NCBI GenBank assembly: GCA_951804945.1
Contig: OX638152.1
Span: forward strand, 39,122,001 to 39,186,000
Direction of reading: 5' to 3'
Origin: Podarcis cretensis
Lineage: Eukaryota
Length of the DNA stretch: 64,000 bases
This document shows positions 59,348-64,000 of the stretch, one piece after another. Below the pieces are notes generated by a model. It had not been told where the DNA came from and searched no databases. It saw only the letters and a program-made list of their open reading frames with translations. The translations under genes were made by a program, and so were the position numbers. Position 1 is the stretch's first letter, and the number at the start of each line of letters is the position of its first letter.

Positions 59348-62169
59348 GTAAGTAAGTAAACTTTAAATGCACTGCAATGTTGTGCCTGGTTGAAATAACA
59401 ATGTGTTCTGTTTATCATATACTTGCTGAGCCCATGAATTATGAAAGTGATATCTGGGAACTAACTGGGGCTGTCAATGCTGTAGCTGATTTTAACTGGG
59501 TTTTTTGGTGAAATATGAGGTGCATTTATTTACATGCAGTTGATAGGGCACGAGATCAGCCCTTGAGAGCTGATGGCAGGAGATCTGCATCAGGAGGCGG
59601 AGTGAAGTTCTGTTAAAACTTATTTCATTCCTGGGTGCAATTTTTGAAAAACAAATCAATTAATTATGCAGCATATCTAAATATAGTTCGCATTCAGCTA
59701 GTTGGCATAGTAACTGTTATCCTGGACTGCTGACAGGTGGTTAAAAGGAAGAGGAGGACTTAAATAATTCAGTGTTCTGTGATACTTAAATTGCTTTATT
59801 AATGGGAATGAATTCTACAATGCATAATCAGAGCTGGCACAAGCGAGGAGGCGGGGAGACACATTGTTCTTTAACCGATTAAAGGAATAATTTGAGATAC
59901 TTAAATTGTAGCAGTCAACTATGAAATTTGCTGCTCTGGATGAAGTAACCATGCTGAAAATGCACTGTTCTGCTGTTGGTGTCTGACCAAATAGTATGAT
60001 GGAAGGAAAAGCAAGAAGTTCAAAAGAGTTTATAGTCCCTGTGAAATATTTAAAGGGAGAAAGTGTTGACCAGGAAAAATGTGAAACCCTGTTAATATGA
60101 TTTGATTTATATCCTGCCCTTCTTCACAAAGAAGCACAGGACACTTTGGATATGGGAGATGGCCCTTTTTGAACTGAGTGTTTCAATAGCAAAAGGTACT
60201 TCTTTGATGGCTACTGATAGCTGGAAAATTGAACAGCAATGACAGTTGACGTCTGGTGGCTGCTATGTACTGACTCCACCTCACCTGCAAGTAAAGGGAG
60301 GGGGAAGCAGATGTGGCATTATTTGCACGGATTTATAAAATTATTATTATTAGTAGTAGTAGTATTTACAAATTGTAAGTAGCAACCTTAGTGCCGCATA
60401 TGTAGCGTGCTTCAAGACTATCACTTCACCAGATTCCAGATTGTCACCTCTGCTGATTGTGTTGACATTCTTTGCTGCTGGTATGTTATTTTATATAGTG
60501 CATCAAGGACACAGTAGTAAAATAATAAACAGACCACGAGAAACAGTTTTAGGAGTGTATGGTGGTCCTAACTGAAAAGTAAGACTCATTGAGATTTACA
60601 TTTGTGTAAGCATACCGGGATTGTGTGGGATATCACAACTGCAGTGGCATTTTGATGTAGCAATAGAGCACTGAAGAGTCACTCATGACCACACCAACAG
60701 CAGAAATGGCAGGCAAGGCATGCCGTTCAAGTGTGAAATGAATATGTCTGCCTTTGGGAAATGCTGAATTGAGAGATACTGGACATTTATCTATGTGATT
60801 CTTTCCCCCTCTTTGATTAAGGTATCAAATGTATCAGTACAAATGGCAGATTCAGAAGAAAAGTGGGAAAGAATTGCAAGGAAACTCAATAGGTCAGCAA
60901 AGTCAAAGAGGAAAGCCAAAAGAAACAAGTCTCTCTGGAATTTTCAAAATAAAATCATCCTGTTTACAGTGGTCCTCTTCATTGTAGGTGTTATAACTTG
61001 GACGTTATTGTGGCTCTTTATTGGTGAGTTTCTGTATCTCCATTGTAGGCAATGCTTTATGAGGCCTTTCCCCATATTTACATTTAAAGAACACTCATAG
61101 AGGTATAAACAATGCTCTAGAAAATCGTTTTCTATTATGTTGTTTTTTATTGGCTCTAGAAAAAGGTTTTCTATTTACAATTGAGGCTGTTTTTATCCTT
61201 CAGAAGATGTGTATGCCGGAATGTCAGTTAAAAGAGAATCCTAGCAGCATCTTGGAAAACCTGTTCCTCAGAGCCCAACATTTAACTAGATATAGGATAG
61301 TAGTCTGGATGAGAATTTGGTTCTATAAGGTGTGCACCCACAGCTCAAAAGTGAAAGGAAGGTCTCCATTAGCTATTTTCTTCTTAATGAATTGTCCTCC
61401 ACCATAACCAACCAAAACCCAAGTTTGTGTGTGTGCTTTATGTGATTTTCTATAAATGCATTTCTTCCTTGTTTTGCTTCATGATTGAGACTGGGCTATT
61501 GCATTATTTTTCTGGCTCTATAGTGAAAAACTTTTTAAAGGGCAAAATGCTAATATATTATTATGTAGTGAAGTTCCAACATACTAAGGAAAACCTGGTT
61601 ATCATGTGGGGGTCTATTGGCTAGTGTCTGTGCCCTTGACAAGATACTTTTCCCAAAGCAGTTTACTCGTTTTTAAAATAAGTCTTCATTATATGTAAGG
61701 ATGGACAGACACATGAATAGATATATGCTGGTTTAATATTTTTAAAGTAATACTTTGTCCACTGTGTGCTATCTGGTTGGTGTTGACCCATATCAGAACC
61801 TTCTTGGGAGCAGTTCTCCATTTGTGAGATGTCTTCCCTGGTGAGGTGTATCTGTCTCCCTCATTATTAACATTAAGGAAAGTTTGAAAAACATTCATCC
61901 AAATATTTGATGGCTGAAAGATTCTATTCCTGGCAACCTTGACATTATTATTATTAGCTATTAGGATATGTTACTATTTTAAACATTTAAAATTGCATTG
62001 TTTTGATATTTTGTTGTGTTCTTTTTATTGTTTTACAGTTCAGGCAGAAAACAAAGATGCACTGTATTTTGTTGGATTATTTCGTGTTGCCAACATTGAG
62101 TTTCTCCCAGAGTATCGGCAGAAGGAATCCAGGGAGTTTCTCTCTGTTGCACAGAATGTGCAGCAAGTG
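59297..62169 (+). CDS. TMPRSS7: TMPRSS7 (matriptase-3), 5' part; join(59297-59347,60822-61023,62039-62169); gene continues beyond the window
   Basis: Basic cytoplasmic tail, signal anchor WNFQNKIILFTVVLFIVGVITWTLLWLFI, SEA-domain start FRVANIEFLPEYRQKESREFLSV; matches human TMPRSS7 as recalled; synteny. Confidence 0.92.
60822..61023 (+). CDS. TMPRSS7: TMPRSS7 exon with transmembrane anchor
   Basis: attaag acceptor, TTG|gtgagt donor, 202 nt. Confidence 0.92.
62039..62169 (+). CDS. TMPRSS7: TMPRSS7 exon, SEA domain start
   Basis: ttttacag acceptor, GTG|gtaagg donor, 131 nt. Confidence 0.93.
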
Positions 62170-62328
62170 GTAAGGAAAAAACGCCAACCCTTGTGTTCCA
62201 CATTATCACCAAAGCATATGCAATAATCAGCTGGTTGTGTGGACCCAGCAAGCCTTGCCTTTTGTAGTGTGTCAATAAAGGGAGATAACACATTCTGGAA
62301 TTTTCTCTCCGTGTCGTATTTGTAGTAC

Positions 62329-62545
62329 CATAGAAAGATTACTGCTGGATCAGGATGAAGGCTCACCTAGTCCAGCATCCTGTTCTCACAGTGGCCTGAA
62401 ACAGAACTCTCCCGGCTGGCGTTTCCTAGCAACTGGTATTCAGAGTAATACTGTCTCTGGCTGTGGAGGTAGAACATAGTCATCATGGCTTGTAGACACT
62501 GTTTGCCTTATCCTCCATAGCCAAGTTGATGGCCATCACTACAAT
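62329..62545 (-). mobile_element. Old CR1-like 3' tail
   Basis: tgctggatcagg...tagtccagcatcctgttctcacagtggcc, also seen inverted at ~47030. Confidence 0.6.
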
Positions 62546-62580
62546 GCCACAATGTCATGTAGTCTTCCCAGGGAAAACAG

Positions 62581-62633
62581 AGACAGAGAGAGAGAGGGGG
62601 GGGGGAGAGGGAGGGAGGGAGGGAGGGAGGGAA
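62581..62633. repeat. Polypurine tract (GA)n G10 (GGGA)n, G4/triplex-prone
   Basis: Read directly. Confidence 0.85.
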
Positions 62634-62635
62634 TA

Positions 62636-63145
62636 ATAGAATCATAGAAGTGAAGAGTGGACCCTGAGGGTCACCAATCCAACCCCTTGCTATGCAGGAA
62701 TCTCAACTAAAGAATCCAGGACAGATGTCCCTCCAACCTCTGCTTTAAAACCTCTGAGGAAGGAGACTCTAAAAAGTTTCAAGTGAATCCATTCCACTGT
62801 CAAACAGATCTTACCATCAGAAAGATCTTCCTCATGTTGAGTCAGAATCTCCTTTCTTGTAACGTGAATCCATTGGTTTGGGTCTTCATCTCCAGAGAAG
62901 GAGATAACAAGCTTCTTCCATCCCCCATGTGACAGTCCTTTAGATATTTGAAGATGGCTATCCTCTCTCCTCTCAGTCTCTTAGCCAGGCTAAACGTACC
63001 CAGCTCCCTCAACCGTTCTTCATAAGGCTTGGTTTCCAAACCTTTGATTGTCTTAGTCACCCTCCTCTGTGAATGTCAAGGATTGTCAATAGCCTTCTTA
63101 AACTGTGGTACTCTGAACTGGACACTACTCCAGGTGTGGTTGACC
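62636..63145 (-). mobile_element. CR1 LINE 3' end
   Basis: ORF 62842-63060 [24 protein letters not shown]...TNGFTLQERRF; atagaatcatagaa tail. Confidence 0.9.
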
Positions 63146-63169
63146 AACACACACGCAGAGAATGAATCC

Positions 63170-63345
63170 CCCTTATACTGAGTCAGTCCATTGGTCCATC
63201 CAGCTCAGTATTGTCTACACAGATTAGTGGCAGCTGTCCAGGATTTCAGGCAGGAGTCTCTGCTAACCCTCCCTGGAGATGCCAAGGATTGAACTTTGGA
63301 CCTTCTGCATGCAAAGCAGATGCCCAACCACTGAGCTGCAGCCCT
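63170..63345 (-). mobile_element. tRNA-headed SINE with CR1-like tail
   Basis: Minus strand GGGCTGCAGCTCAGTGGTT...AGTTCAATCC head. Confidence 0.7.
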
Positions 63346-64000
63346 AATGTGGCTTCTTGAAGGAGTACGCAGCTTTCAAAGAACTAATTTCAATAGAAAG
63401 AGGGAAGTGGAAGGGCACTGCTTATGGGTGGGGGTTCAATAGTTGTTGGAATTTGGTACATTCTCTCCAATAATGAGTGCTTGAAATGGTGCAAAGGAGA
63501 GCAAAAGCATGAGTCTCAGTCTTTAATTAATATGCTTAAAATACAAGATGTGTCTGTGTGCATGAGTTATGCTGCACAGTCACTATCCAGTAGGTCCCAT
63601 GCAACTTGTACAGCCACATCCCCAAAATAAATGGGTCTTGGTGGACTGGATGGCTCAAAACTAACTGACCAAACTTTCAGCACTGTTTGCTGGTCTTCAT
63701 TGTATTTCCCCTTTCTCTTAACCCACTGTCTCTGTTATTTACTGATTATTCACTGTGCACTGGAAAACCAGCCAAGAGCTGGAAGAAAAACATGATTCCC
63801 AGGGAAGCACCACTTCCCAAGGATTCCTTATGCTTTACATTGAAGATGCACCTTTTTATATAGGCATTCCCTCAATCTCTCAGTCTGAGTCTTCTGATTT
63901 ACCGTAATCATGGTGCTTTCTTGATAGAATTGTTTTACTGCATATTTTATAGATGTGCATATTTTAATTTTTAATTATATTGATTTATTGCATTGTTTAA

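Overview
Eukaryotic DNA from a squamate reptile, probably a lacertid lizard (inferred from Sauria SINEs, a Squam3/MIR-like SINE and CR1/L2/L1 remnants). Four intron-containing genes lie on the + strand in the order I recall for human 3q13.2: the last 8 coding exons and 3'UTR of PHLDB2 (601-13749), complete ABHD10 (19315-25429, 5 exons, 291 aa, CpG-island promoter), complete TAGLN3 CDS (35972-45673, 4 coding exons, 199 aa) and the first 3 coding exons of TMPRSS7 (59297-62169). Exons were delimited by hand from splice sites and reading-frame continuity; gene identities rest on my recall of the human proteins. Most entries in the ORF track are spurious or TE-derived. I found no prokaryote-type system. 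The most interesting signals are: two frame-preserving phase-1 cassette exons (15 and 36 nt) with RBFOX motifs in one PHLDB2 intron, a GC-AG intron inside the PH domain, telomeric repeats at the 5' junction of a TSD-flanked L1 insertion, a putative antisense solo LTR with a palindromic double NF-E2/AP-1 site, a decayed Penelope-type hammerhead ribozyme, and TE-borne transcription-factor motifs at the ABHD10 promoter.
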